A stretch of 64,000 nt of DNA from Candidatus Bathyarchaeia archaeon (GCA_049513715.1 JBEKVV010000004.1:103633-167632), one strand, 5' to 3'; shown: positions 27,551 to 37,205, counted from the first letter of the stretch. A program made the numbers and translations. The notes: a model not told the origin generated them from the letters alone.

Positions 27551-28723
27551 ATGCTCGTACTGGTGCATTTGTCCTTCGTCAAGGAGCCGGTGGTAATCCA
27601 CAAAGGGCTCGACAATGTCTACGTCAAAGAAAGCAACATCTGCTTCATAGATGGAGAAGCCAGCAAACTGTTCTACCGCGGTTACAGCATCGAAGACCTA
27701 GCCAAGGACTCAAGCTTCGAAGAAACCTCGTATTTACTAATCCACGGAACGCTCCCCACTAAACCCCAACTTTGCGAATTCAACCGCTTACTCGAATCCT
27801 ACAGGTCACTAGAGCCAGCCGCATTGCGGTTAATCCGGTCATTTCCAACCTCAAGCGATCCGATGGATGCGCTGAGAACAGCTGTTTCTGCACTAGGCCT
27901 GTTTGACCCCCAACCGCTTAATGACAGCATAGATTCTAAGATTGACAAGGCGCTTCGAATTCTCGCGAAGATTCCCACAATAATATGCACGTTGGACCGA
28001 ATCAGAAATGGCCACGAACCGGTTTCCCCGAAAACGGGATTGAGCCATGCCGCAAACTTCCTTCATATGCTCACGGGGAAGGAACCTGACCCATACGACG
28101 TCCATGTTATGGACGTGGCGATGATTCTTCACGCTGAGCATGAAATGAATGCCTCCACCTTCTCCTGTACTGTCACGGCATCAACTTTGGCGGACATGTA
28201 CTCCATAGTTACTTCTGGAATCGGAACATTGAGAGGGCCACTCCATGGCGGGGCCAACGAAGCAGCATTGAAGACCGTGATGGAGGTGGGTGATCCCTCG
28301 AAGGCGGAAGCCTATGTTGCACAAGCCCTAGCTCAGAAGAAGAGGATCATGGGATTCGGCCACAGGGTCTACAAAACATGGGACCCAAGGTATGTCATAC
28401 TCAAAGAACTCGGGGGAGAGCTAGCTGCAAAAAGGGGACAAAGGAAATTGTTTGAGACCGCGGTTGCTATTGAAAACAGCGCTAGAAAACACTTGGAAGG
28501 CACACAAATATTCCCCAACGTGGACTCATACTCTGGTATTGTGTTTCACATGCTGGGAATCCCCACCGACCTATTCACACCGATATTTGCGATGAGTAGA
28601 ATCGCCGGATGGACAGCGCACTCAATTGAATACCTGCGATCCAACCGCCTGATTAGGCCTAAAGCCTTCTACGTTGGAAAGACTAGCTTATCGTACACGC
28701 CCATTGAGGCGAGAGAAACTTAG
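27551..28723 (+). CDS. Citrate synthase / 2-methylcitrate synthase
   Basis: GFGHRVYKTWDPR motif, LFYRGYSIEDLA, HAEHEMNAST. Confidence 0.9.
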   Translation: MLVLVHLSFVKEPVVIHKGLDNVYVKESNICFIDGEASKLFYRGYSIEDLAKDSSFEETSYLLIHGTLPTKPQLCEFNRLLESYRSLEPAALRLIRSFPTSSDPMDALRTAVSALGLFDPQPLNDSIDSKIDKALRILAKIPTIICTLDRIRNGHEPVSPKTGLSHAANFLHMLTGKEPDPYDVHVMDVAMILHAEHEMNASTFSCTVTASTLADMYSIVTSGIGTLRGPLHGGANEAALKTVMEVGDPSKAEAYVAQALAQKKRIMGFGHRVYKTWDPRYVILKELGGELAAKRGQRKLFETAVAIENSARKHLEGTQIFPNVDSYSGIVFHMLGIPTDLFTPIFAMSRIAGWTAHSIEYLRSNRLIRPKAFYVGKTSLSYTPIEARET

Positions 28724-28730
28724 GGATTGG

Positions 28731-29165
28731 ATGAGGATGAACGTAGGAGATATCATAACGAGACCGCTCCTCACTATCCCTCCGGGGGCAACTTTGATCG
28801 ACGCAGCCAAAGTGATGGTTGAGAATAACTTGGGCCTGCTCGTCATATGCGATGCAGAAGACAAGACAAAAGTAGCAGGGGTGATCTCGGAACGGGACAT
28901 CATCAAATCCATCGTCTCAGGAAAACTCCTGAACGCTCCTGTAGCAGAAGTGAGCACAAAACACGTGGTTACAGTGAAAGCAAACTCTGAAGTCGCCGAG
29001 GCTGCCAAAGCGATGAATAAGCACAGGATCAGGCACGTTGTAGTAGTGGATGAACACAACAAGCCTATCGGCGTCGTCTCGATGCGGGACTTAGTCGGCG
29101 AACGCGCAACCCTGACCGCGATTCTTCAATCTCAAGAGAAAGAAGTCTTCATCGGAGGAGACTGA
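28731..29165 (+). CDS. CBS-domain pair protein
   Basis: Two CBS repeats: VGDIITRP...LLVICD and ...IRHVVVVDEHNKPIGVVSMRDL. Confidence 0.8.
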   Translation: MRMNVGDIITRPLLTIPPGATLIDAAKVMVENNLGLLVICDAEDKTKVAGVISERDIIKSIVSGKLLNAPVAEVSTKHVVTVKANSEVAEAAKAMNKHRIRHVVVVDEHNKPIGVVSMRDLVGERATLTAILQSQEKEVFIGGD

Positions 29166-29166
29166 G

Positions 29167-30495
29167 CTAACGCAGGGCCTGCATTTTCTGAACTAGGTCA
29201 GCTAATGCTACTTCCGTTTCAGTCCCATCTGCCATGCGCCTAACTTTGACGACTTTCGATTCAATTTCCTTGGGGCCAACGACTATTAGGTATGGTATCT
29301 GAAGCGAATTCGCGTATTCCAACTGCTTTCCCAACGCCCGGCCCTTCAAATCGGTCTCAGTAGAGATTCCGTTGTCGCGTAGTTTCTGAGTCAGTCGCAC
29401 TGCTTCGTTCCTTGAGCTCTCCTGAACTGCTGCAACATAGACTTGAGCGGCTTGGTGGGTTTTCGGAAATAGATTCGCCCTTTCGAGCGAGATCATGAGC
29501 CTTTCAATTCCGCCAGCAACGCCAGTAGCTGGTATGTCGCGTTTTCCGTAAACCTTGCAGAGTTTATCATATCGTCCCCCGCCGAAAATTGAGCCAACGT
29601 CCTCTCCGCCTTTATCGAAACCCTCGAATACTATGCCGTCGTAGTAACCGATTCCACGGACAATGCTTAGGTCAAATATGCAGCGGTCCGAGCGGCCGGC
29701 TGCAGAGAGAGCGTCGGCCAGAATTGTCAGCTCCTCTAGCCCTTTCTGTGCGAAAGGGTCTTCAAATTTGAAGCTGGCCAGCTTCTCTAGCACCTTTGAA
29801 GCTGACCCATTTAGTGAAGCGTAGGAAAAGATCTCGTCGGCCACAGGTTCCGTAATGTTGATCGCTTTGAATTCGCTTTCGAGCTGTTGGCGGCTCTCTT
29901 TGCGAATTTTGTCGATGATTCGAAGCGATTGCTCCAATTGATCTTGCGAGCGTACTCCGAGCTGCTTGAGGTATGCTTCACTCAGCTTCCTGTTTCCTAT
30001 CCGGATGACGTAGTCCTTCAGACCCACATTGGCAAGTATGTCCGCTCCAACGCAAATGGTCTCGGCGTCGGCTAACGGGCTGGGGGAGCCGAAAATCTCC
30101 ACATCCCACTGCGTGAAGTACCTGTACCGACCAAACTGCGGCTCTTCATAACGCCAGTTCCCGCCTATTGCTGCAAATTTGATTGGTTCAGGCATATCGG
30201 AACGACTGGCGACCATGCGTGACAAGCCCACAGTTAGGTCGAAGCGTAGCCCAAGACCGCGGCCAGCCTTATCTTCAAACCAGTATATCTGGTCTCGAAT
30301 TGCGGGCCCGCTCTTCGCCTCAAGCGTGTTCAGGTTCTCAATTGTTGTGGGCTCAACCATCTGGAAGCCATATCTATGAACGACCTCGCGGATTCTTTCG
30401 TACAACCACAAGCGTCGGTTCATCTCCTCCGCTTCTGTATCCTTCATTCCGCGGGGTAGGCTAAAGACGTCTGAAACCAATTGCCACAAGCTCAA
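29167..30495 (-). CDS. hisS: Histidine--tRNA ligase
   Basis: LPRGMKD motif 1 region, class II core, and anticodon-binding domain (YLIVVGPKEIE). Confidence 0.9.
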   Translation of the reverse strand: MSLWQLVSDVFSLPRGMKDTEAEEMNRRLWLYERIREVVHRYGFQMVEPTTIENLNTLEAKSGPAIRDQIYWFEDKAGRGLGLRFDLTVGLSRMVASRSDMPEPIKFAAIGGNWRYEEPQFGRYRYFTQWDVEIFGSPSPLADAETICVGADILANVGLKDYVIRIGNRKLSEAYLKQLGVRSQDQLEQSLRIIDKIRKESRQQLESEFKAINITEPVADEIFSYASLNGSASKVLEKLASFKFEDPFAQKGLEELTILADALSAAGRSDRCIFDLSIVRGIGYYDGIVFEGFDKGGEDVGSIFGGGRYDKLCKVYGKRDIPATGVAGGIERLMISLERANLFPKTHQAAQVYVAAVQESSRNEAVRLTQKLRDNGISTETDLKGRALGKQLEYANSLQIPYLIVVGPKEIESKVVKVRRMADGTETEVALADLVQKMQALR

Positions 30496-30598
30496 GAAGC
30501 GAATATGGTGGCCTTCCTATAATCTTGTGACTCGGGCGCTGATTGATTCAGGTGTAACGTTTTATAGTGAAGTGCAACAGATGGCCAAATGATCATGA

Positions 30599-31111
30599 AT
30601 GATAGCTAAGACCCGCGATATCGGAACCGCAACGCTAGGCGGTTCGGTTGCTGCCGGAGCAATCGGGACAATCTTGAGCATGGCCGATGTTCCCTACTCA
30701 TTTGCTATTGGAGCCCTGATAGGTGGAGCGGTAGGAGCGTACCTACTCTATGGCAAGGTTGGGCATGCCGCACTTGTTGGTGCAATGTCTGGTTTGCTCG
30801 GTGTCCCATTCCTCTTAGGCCTGTCCCAAGTACTCGTGATTTTTGAATTGATACCTATACCTCCAGGGCCTCAGCCAGCAATGGCGGAGTTGCAGCTAGA
30901 GGTCTTCGTCATTTTTGGCATAGATATCGTAGCAGGTGTCATAGGGGGATCAGTCATAGGAGCCATTCGCCATCCGCAGACGCAATTGCCGCCCCCGCCA
31001 CCACCGCCTGGGTCCACGCCTGCTCAGGCTAGGTACTGTGTTCAGTGCGGAGCCCATTTGCCCGCGGGGGCCCTGATTTGCCCGCACTGCAATGCTAGGC
31101 AACCACAATAA
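30599..31111 (+). CDS. Membrane protein with poly-Pro linker and C-terminal zinc ribbon
   Basis: Four TM segments, then PPPPPPPG, then YCVQCGAHLPAGALICPHCN. Confidence 0.55.
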   Translation: MIAKTRDIGTATLGGSVAAGAIGTILSMADVPYSFAIGALIGGAVGAYLLYGKVGHAALVGAMSGLLGVPFLLGLSQVLVIFELIPIPPGPQPAMAELQLEVFVIFGIDIVAGVIGGSVIGAIRHPQTQLPPPPPPPGSTPAQARYCVQCGAHLPAGALICPHCNARQPQ

Positions 31112-31120
31112 ACCGCAGCA

Positions 31121-31699
31121 CTAGACATGTAGTGGGGTCAGCGTATAGTATACTATATCCGTGCGTCGGTCAACCACCGCTAGGATCAGTTCCTTCTTCT
31201 CCCGTTCTGCGATCGTCAGAAGCTTTTCCAGTTTCCGCAGGCTCGCCTCTCCGCCCTCGTAAACGATGGATATGAGTCGCCTGAGTGGACCTTTTCCGTA
31301 AATATCGAAATCAAAGTTTCCACCGGATTCTCTGACAATATAACCCCTATCTCTCAGATCCCGATAGACTAAGTATTTGATCCAGATTTCGGGTTTGACG
31401 AGGGAGAATTTCCTGACGAGGTCTCGCAAGTTAACTTCTTTTTCGTCCTTCTTTGTAGAGACGTGGATTTTCTGTTTCTCGATGAGGTAGAAGGACTCGT
31501 AGGGTGTGAAGTAGAGTCTGTCCTTCTTGAGGTCTCCGAACCCCCTGTCCCGGAGTTCCATGAGGTCAGATTTGTAGGGTATGTACACACCGTGCGCATC
31601 AGAGAATGCGCTCCAAGGGGTAAACTGAGGCTTCTCCTCCGCTTGAATAGGAGGTTTGGCACTCTGCGGAGGCGGCGCGCTATTCTCCATGAAGACCAC
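31121..31699 (-). CDS. endA: tRNA-intron (splicing) endonuclease family protein, possibly the non-catalytic/structural subunit
   Basis: YLVYRDLRDRGYIVRESGGNFDFDIYGKG...KKELILAVVDRRTDIVYYTL matches the EndA C-terminal domain. No His is visible where the catalytic His normally follows the Tyr. Confidence 0.7.
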   Translation of the reverse strand: MVFMENSAPPPQSAKPPIQAEEKPQFTPWSAFSDAHGVYIPYKSDLMELRDRGFGDLKKDRLYFTPYESFYLIEKQKIHVSTKKDEKEVNLRDLVRKFSLVKPEIWIKYLVYRDLRDRGYIVRESGGNFDFDIYGKGPLRRLISIVYEGGEASLRKLEKLLTIAEREKKELILAVVDRRTDIVYYTLTPLHV

Positions 31700-31902
31700 T
31701 TGCCAAGCGAAAAGACGCCGTTGGCTTAATGCTTTTGCAGCAGGCGAAGCTGTTTGATGAGCATGACGAGAGGTTGAGTTTTCGTTACCGCGTTTCGCAA
31801 ATTACACAACAAAAATGCATTTAGTCATGGGCTGGGTCCCTTGACGCACATTAGCTGCGAAGGTTAATTCTGGCGTCGCTACTGGTTTGGGCTGGTAGGG
31901 CG

Positions 31903-32952
31903 TTGTTGCGTATGAAGCCAATGTCGGAGTTGCGAACGATTGAATGGGTAGGCAACAAAGTACGTATGATTGACCAGACGAGGCTTCCGTACCATCTCGC
32001 GCTTGTCACTTTCAGTAACTATCGGCAGGTGGCTAGGGCCATCAAGGAAATGGTGGTACGAGGGGCACCCGCTATTGGTGTTGCCGCAGCAATGGGCCTC
32101 GCGCTTGCAGCTGACGCAAGCCGAACCAAGAAACGAGACAGATTCATGCGCGAGCTAAGCACAGCAGCGGAAGCTCTCAAACAAAGCCGACCGACTGCCT
32201 GGAATCTGTTCTGGGCAATTGACAGGGTTATGCAGGTCGCAGAGACAGCAGGCGAGCCGAATGAAATCGCTGACAGAATTATTGCGGAGGCGAAGCGAAT
32301 GGCGGAATATGATGTGGAGACTAACCGAAGAATCGGTGAATTCGGCTCGGCGCTGCTCAAAGATGGAGACCAGGTTCTAACTCATTGTAACGCTGGAACG
32401 TTGGCCACTGTGAGCTACGGCACAGCTCTGGCTCCGATTCGTACCGCCATGAATCAGGGAAAAATGGTGCGAGTCATTGCGACCGAGACACGTCCTAGGC
32501 TTCAGGGGGCAAAATTGACGAGCTACGAGCTTTTGCGAGATAGAATTCCTGTGACTTTGATAGTTGATGGCGCAGCAGGCTACGTGATAAAAACAGGGAA
32601 GGTCAGCGCGGTGATCGTTGGGGCTGATCGAGTGACAAGGAAGTTCGTGGCAAACAAAGTTGGGACGTATATGATTGCTCTTGCAGCTCAGGCAAATCAT
32701 GTTCCGTTCTATGTTGCGGCGCCTTCGTCGACATTCGATCTTAGAACCGGTCATGAAGATGTAGAGATTGAAGAACGGAGCGCACAGGAGGTAACCCACA
32801 TCGAAGGAAAACGCATTGCCCCAAAGGGAATCAACGTATTCAATCCAGCCTTCGACCTGACACCGGTAGAACTTGTGACAAGTTTCATTACTGAAAAAGG
32901 TGTGGTTGGGCCTGAGATGGTTATGGCTGGGAGCCTGCAGCCCGGAACCTAG
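31903..32952 (+). CDS. mtnA: S-methyl-5-thioribose-1-phosphate isomerase (eIF-2B alpha/beta/delta-like family)
   Basis: IEWVGNKVRMIDQTRLP...VVRGAPAIGVAAAMG...THCNAG... Confidence 0.85.
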   Translation: MLRMKPMSELRTIEWVGNKVRMIDQTRLPYHLALVTFSNYRQVARAIKEMVVRGAPAIGVAAAMGLALAADASRTKKRDRFMRELSTAAEALKQSRPTAWNLFWAIDRVMQVAETAGEPNEIADRIIAEAKRMAEYDVETNRRIGEFGSALLKDGDQVLTHCNAGTLATVSYGTALAPIRTAMNQGKMVRVIATETRPRLQGAKLTSYELLRDRIPVTLIVDGAAGYVIKTGKVSAVIVGADRVTRKFVANKVGTYMIALAAQANHVPFYVAAPSSTFDLRTGHEDVEIEERSAQEVTHIEGKRIAPKGINVFNPAFDLTPVELVTSFITEKGVVGPEMVMAGSLQPGT

Positions 32953-33722
32953 GTACGGTTAGTTCCATCAAGTTCTTGCAGTGGCTTCTTGCCTACTTGC
33001 AGGACGATTTCCACAGGGCAGTGCGTTACGGCTTCAATTTTGTTCTTCCATTCGGATCCCATCCCGACCAGTGCGTACATGCCAGTTACTTCGCTTTTGG
33101 CTTTTTGGACGATCCGGGTTAGAGCGATTTGTGTCTCTCCACTATCAATGACGTCGTCCACAATTAGGACGCAGTCACCTTTCCTAAATGCGTCCCTTGG
33201 AACGAAGAGGCTGATCATGATTGCTGTTTTGCTGGGAATGTAGATTTCTTCGATGAACTCGCGGACGCCCACTTCCCTCTGCTTTTTCGCGATCACGAGT
33301 CCGACGCCGAGCCTGTGAGCAAGAAGTGCAGCCAGCGGTATACCGTCCACGGCTGCGGCCAGAATCTTGGTGATTCGCATTCCAGCGAAAGCATTCACGG
33401 CATGTTGAACGGCGCGTTCAAGGAGAAGGGTGTCTGAGATTAGTTTGGTGTTGTCGAAATACCCTGAATCATCGAATCGGATTCTTTGCTGAATCTCGCC
33501 TTCAAGGCGCATGATTTTCTGGAGTGTGCGGTTAATGTTCTGAGCCCTGTCGATTGTTGGGAGCACGTGCCCCTTCACGTACCGGCTCAGTACGGTTTCT
33601 GGCAGGCCGATGATTTGTGCGAGTTCCCTGTAAGTGTAGTAGTTCTTGGCTAGGTTCAGGAGCTCGATGGTCATCAGCTTGTACTTCAGGTCGGATATAC
33701 GTGAACCTGTTCTCAATGTCAC
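32949..33722 (-). CDS. HTH-domain / phosphoribosyltransferase-domain fusion protein (probable regulator)
   Basis: N-terminal HTH (YRELAQIIGLPETVLSRYVKG) and a PRTase PRPP loop CVLIVDDVIDSGET. Confidence 0.7.
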   Translation of the reverse strand: MTLRTGSRISDLKYKLMTIELLNLAKNYYTYRELAQIIGLPETVLSRYVKGHVLPTIDRAQNINRTLQKIMRLEGEIQQRIRFDDSGYFDNTKLISDTLLLERAVQHAVNAFAGMRITKILAAAVDGIPLAALLAHRLGVGLVIAKKQREVGVREFIEEIYIPSKTAIMISLFVPRDAFRKGDCVLIVDDVIDSGETQIALTRIVQKAKSEVTGMYALVGMGSEWKNKIEAVTHCPVEIVLQVGKKPLQELDGTNRT

Positions 33723-33818
33723 GCCTTCTGCAATTGCTTTGACAAGTTAGGACATGCACATGCCCATGCTATGGGGTATTAATACTTTCGACACGAATTG
33801 ACACAAAGAGTACGTCGA

Positions 33819-34253
33819 CTATTGCCGGGTATCGACAGTTCCTTGGCTATCTTGATACCTGCCATGGTACGGTCGTAGCGTTTTCGTGCTAAGGGGGTGA
33901 AAGGCGATTTGCAGAAATCTGTCACCCTTGTTCATGTTGAATGGTGCCGTTCCGGCGTTGTAAAGTGCTATCGTCAACTGGCCGCGGAATCCCGGGTCGA
34001 CCAAGGCTAAGCTTGCGAAGATTCCCGCGCGAGCCAGAGATGACCGAATATGCAATGTCCCTGCCATATCCTCCCCCAACTCAACACGCTCGAGGGTTGC
34101 CACCAGGTGATGCTCGTGAGCTTCCATGTGTAATTTGGCGGCTAATCTCAGGTCGTAGCCCGATCCGTTCAGGCTTGACGAGTCGAAGGGGTTGATCACG
34201 AGTGAACCGTCCTGAACGCGTTTCTCGATTTCCACATCTGACAGAAGAGTCAT
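33819..34253 (-). CDS. dcd: dCTP deaminase/dUTPase family protein
   Basis: MTLLSDVEIEKRV...INPFD...GYDLRL pattern. Short form of 144 aa. Confidence 0.75.
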   Translation of the reverse strand: MTLLSDVEIEKRVQDGSLVINPFDSSSLNGSGYDLRLAAKLHMEAHEHHLVATLERVELGEDMAGTLHIRSSLARAGIFASLALVDPGFRGQLTIALYNAGTAPFNMNKGDRFLQIAFHPLSTKTLRPYHGRYQDSQGTVDTRQ

Positions 34254-34350
34254 TGAAAATCCGGCTTGCGTTATCTAGAGTCTGCAGCTAACTGTCTTGT
34301 CCATGTGCCAACCTATAGATTCATCTTGTACTATTGCTGCGTGATGCTTT

Positions 34351-34465
34351 GGGCCCGTAGTCGAGCCAGGATTAAGACACAGCGACTCCAATGAGTCGTG
34401 TAGGCCTTCGGTGCAAATGCGGGGAAAGCCTGGGATCCGGGGTTCGAATCCCCGCGGGCCCGCCA
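34351..34465 (+). tRNA. tRNA-Arg(UCG) with canonical 15-nt intron and a 21-nt insertion after the D-arm
   Basis: Anticodon arm UAGGC-CUUCGG[34412-34426]A-GCCUG with a textbook BHB (CUUC/GGGG helix, bulges GGU and AAA, GCA/UGC hairpin). Variable loop GGAUC. T-arm CGGGG-UUCGAAU-CCCCG. Acceptor GGGCCCG/CGGGCCC-G-CCA. The extra segment is 34380-34400. Confidence 0.8.
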
Positions 34466-34564
34466 CCTGTTTTCCAGCAAGCGAATCCCCTACTCGCGAA
34501 AGGAGTCTGCGAATAGTACAAATACTAAGGTATCTTCTCACACGAAAACTGTAACTGAGATCTG

Positions 34565-35233
34565 GTGGGACAGACGCGCAAAAAGTTGCTAACCATTGGC
34601 CTTCTCATACTTCTCGCCGGAGTGTACCTGTTTGAGCAAGGGCCTCAAATGCTCACTCCGATAGCCGAAATGTTCGGGTTAGTAACATACACCCCAATCG
34701 TGACCCCTGTGATAGCACCAACTCTGTTCGCGGTTCCTGCCTCGAACTACACTGCCCTGTCAGAAACTTTGAGCGGTGACGTCCAGGTCAAAGGGTCGTT
34801 GGAAGTTAGTGACGGTCGTGAGATTGCTTTCTACGTTATGGATGCTGGGAATTTCTCAGAGTGGCACGCGGGTCAACCCAGCGCCATTTTGCTTGCCAAG
34901 ACCTTGGCGATAACATACAACTTCACCTTCACTCCCAAAGTCTCGGGAACGTACTTCTTCGTATTCGATAACCAAGATACGACTCGCCGGACTGTAATCT
35001 TCAGCCTCAACACCGTTGAGGTTCTTGCGGTACTGAGCCCTATTGTCGAATACGCTGGATATGAGGCGATGCTGTTGGGAATCGTGCTTTCTATAGCGGG
35101 GATTAAGACTGGAAAGAAGAAACCGGTACAACAAAAGACATTGGCGGAGGGGCTGTGGAATTGTAGGTTCTGCGGAGTGGACAACGCAGGCAGCGATGTG
35201 TTCTGTACAAAATGCGGGCGTTCGCAACAGTAG
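34565..35233 (+). CDS. Membrane protein with extracytoplasmic domain and C-terminal zinc ribbon
   Basis: N-terminal TM, about 130 aa domain, second TM, then WNCRFCGVDNAGSDVFCTKCG. Confidence 0.55.
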   Translation: MGQTRKKLLTIGLLILLAGVYLFEQGPQMLTPIAEMFGLVTYTPIVTPVIAPTLFAVPASNYTALSETLSGDVQVKGSLEVSDGREIAFYVMDAGNFSEWHAGQPSAILLAKTLAITYNFTFTPKVSGTYFFVFDNQDTTRRTVIFSLNTVEVLAVLSPIVEYAGYEAMLLGIVLSIAGIKTGKKKPVQQKTLAEGLWNCRFCGVDNAGSDVFCTKCGRSQQ

Positions 35234-35246
35234 TCGGTTTGAGGTC

Positions 35247-36443
35247 TTAGCCTATGTTCGTTGGGGAGTTTTGTTCAGTTTTCCGGAATATTGCGTAGAA
35301 GAGGGTTATGGACATGACGTACAAGATTGTGCAGAGGTAGAATGGCAAGCTGAGGTTGCCCGCGTTCAGTAGCGAGCCACCGACGACAGTGCTTGCTGCG
35401 TTCGGTAATCGCCAGATCACCACGTTAAGCGAGGACGCAGTTGCCCTTTCGTCCTCTGCAATCATGTTCATCAGAAATGTGTCGCCGAGGGGGCTGGACA
35501 TGTTCATGAGAACTGCACGAATGACGTAGAGGGGTCCGGCGATCATTGGGCTTGGGCTGAATGGGATGGAGAGTAGGAAAATGGTTGAGAGCCCCTGAGT
35601 CACAACGATTCCTCTAATCAAGCCTATTCGTTTAGCGATGCTCGGTGCCGCTAGGGCGGTTAGTCCCATTATGATGCTCGATGCTGCGACGAGAGGCCCG
35701 CTGAAGACGTCTGTCACATTGAAGCGAAGATAGAACCATGTCGGTATTAGTGGAATGATGAGTCCTGCTCCCAAGCCGATCATCAGGTTCGCGGTTGAGA
35801 ATTTAGCTATGATTCCAAGCGATTTGCGAGGCAGTATACCCTTACGTGACGTCTTCGGCTTGATGTTGACTGCCCAACGTGAAACCGTAAGCGGGGTTGC
35901 GAGGCATATGAGTCCAAGTGCAACGAAAGTCAGTCGGTGCGCTGTCAACAGATCCATTGGCAGCAGCGGGAATAAGCCGGGCACGAATGTGCCAACACCG
36001 GAAGCAATCGTGAAGGTCATGAAGGACAGGCTGAATGTGGCAGCCCTAACATCGGCGGTCGTTGTATCCGCAAGGTATGCGTTCCATGTGGACAGGTACA
36101 TGGCCTCGCCTATGCCGCCTGCTATGGCTGAAAGTTCTAGCAGGAGGATGTCTGCTGTGATGCCCGGAACTATGATGATGAAGCTCGTGAGAAGTCCTCC
36201 GACTAGCATTATGCGTTTGCGGCCGTAACGGTCAGAAAGCACAGCGAACGGGATGCTGAAGACCACGGTAGTTAACCCGAAAATCGTCAGGAGGGCGCCC
36301 AGATAAGTGACAGATATGCCTTCTAAGGGGAGAAAGACTGCTATGGCTACTTCGTAGAAGCCCAACCCTAGCGCCAAGGGGCTTGCACCCAAAACGACGC
36401 GGACAGTGTTTTTCGGGACACTTCCGAATGGGTGCATCTGCAT
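35247..36443 (-). CDS. MFS transporter
   Basis: About 12 TM segments and the loop motif LSDRYGRKRIM. Confidence 0.8.
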   Translation of the reverse strand: MQMHPFGSVPKNTVRVVLGASPLALGLGFYEVAIAVFLPLEGISVTYLGALLTIFGLTTVVFSIPFAVLSDRYGRKRIMLVGGLLTSFIIIVPGITADILLLELSAIAGGIGEAMYLSTWNAYLADTTTADVRAATFSLSFMTFTIASGVGTFVPGLFPLLPMDLLTAHRLTFVALGLICLATPLTVSRWAVNIKPKTSRKGILPRKSLGIIAKFSTANLMIGLGAGLIIPLIPTWFYLRFNVTDVFSGPLVAASSIIMGLTALAAPSIAKRIGLIRGIVVTQGLSTIFLLSIPFSPSPMIAGPLYVIRAVLMNMSSPLGDTFLMNMIAEDERATASSLNVVIWRLPNAASTVVGGSLLNAGNLSLPFYLCTILYVMSITLFYAIFRKTEQNSPTNIG

Positions 36444-36494
36444 TGGCCACTTACCAGGGGTTCTGATTAGATGAGCATGCTGATCGAAAAAAAG

Positions 36495-36911
36495 CTACGC
36501 CATGTTCTCGCGAAGGATCCCTGCGACTTCGGTCGGAAGCAGAGTAGCCTTCCAGTTCAGGTCGACTGCGATGCATTTCAAGTAGCCTTCAGCGGCCAAT
36601 TCGTTCGTTTCCTTTTTGTTTAGTTGAAACTCGTATGTGACGGTCTTATCGGTGATTTCCTTGACCTTCATTACGACTTCAATGAGGTCATCGTACTTGC
36701 AGGCTACCATGTATACACAGTGTGCTTCAACCCTTGGTAGCATTATTCCGTATTTCTCGCGAATTTTGGCGTGAGTTGCACCCAGTGAGCGGTAGAACTC
36801 TTGCTCGCAGGCCTCGAAGTACCTGAAGAAGTTGGTATAGTGCATCACTCCCGCTACATCTGTGTCAACCCAACGAACACGAAACGCGTATTTGAAACTC
36901 ATCGCGGTCAA
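36495..36911 (-). CDS. Acyl-CoA thioesterase (4HBT/YbgC hotdog fold)
   Basis: RVRWVDTDVAGVMHYTNFFRYFE motif. Confidence 0.8.
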   Translation of the reverse strand: MTAMSFKYAFRVRWVDTDVAGVMHYTNFFRYFEACEQEFYRSLGATHAKIREKYGIMLPRVEAHCVYMVACKYDDLIEVVMKVKEITDKTVTYEFQLNKKETNELAAEGYLKCIAVDLNWKATLLPTEVAGILRENMA

Positions 36912-36992
36912 CTATCCCATTGTCCGGCTGAAAGTACTCCATAGATTTAACGAAGCCGTATTGCAAATGCGAAAAGGCTGCGGGATTCTCTG

Positions 36993-37003
36993 AAAGCTTA
37001 TAG
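36993..37003 (+). promoter_or_regulatory. TATA-like box upstream of tRNA-Tyr
   Basis: aaagcttatag lies about 30 nt upstream of tRNA position 1 (37031). Confidence 0.3.
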
Positions 37004-37030
37004 GGCACGCGCCAGAGGCTTTGGTTTTGT

Positions 37031-37205
37031 CCCGCGGTAGCTCAGCCTGGTAGAGCTTCCGAGTCGCTCTAACTAGGAGTGACGGAGACGCTGTAGGTGT
37101 GCGCCCAAGGCGCGGCCATGTCAGCCTACTAGGCTAACAACCGAAACCGGACTGTCGCTGGTTCAAAGCAGGTGTTACCCTGTGAAAATCCGGCCCGCGG
37201 GACCA
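37031..37205 (+). tRNA. tRNA-Tyr(GUA) with three BHB introns (30/31, 37/38, 59/60)
   Basis: C1-G72 acceptor CCCGCGG/CCGCGGG-A-CCA. D-arm GCUC-AGCCUGGUA-GAGC. Exon 1 ends UCCG (37058-37061). Exon 2 is G-CUGUAG (37090-37096). A38-CCGGA-CUGUC follows. T-arm GCUGG-UUCAAA[37168-37188]U-CCGGC. As I recall it, the 3' half closely resembles the M. jannaschii tRNA-Tyr. Confidence 0.85.

Noticed and set aside
37066-37076. CUCUAAC / UAACUAG loop that looks like a CUA (amber suppressor or pyrrolysine-type) anticodon loop
   Set aside because: It is the apical loop of the 30/31 intron hairpin of tRNA-Tyr. The tRNA body (C1-G72, normal D-arm, GUA micro-exon, Tyr-type T-arm) is not tRNA-Pyl-like.
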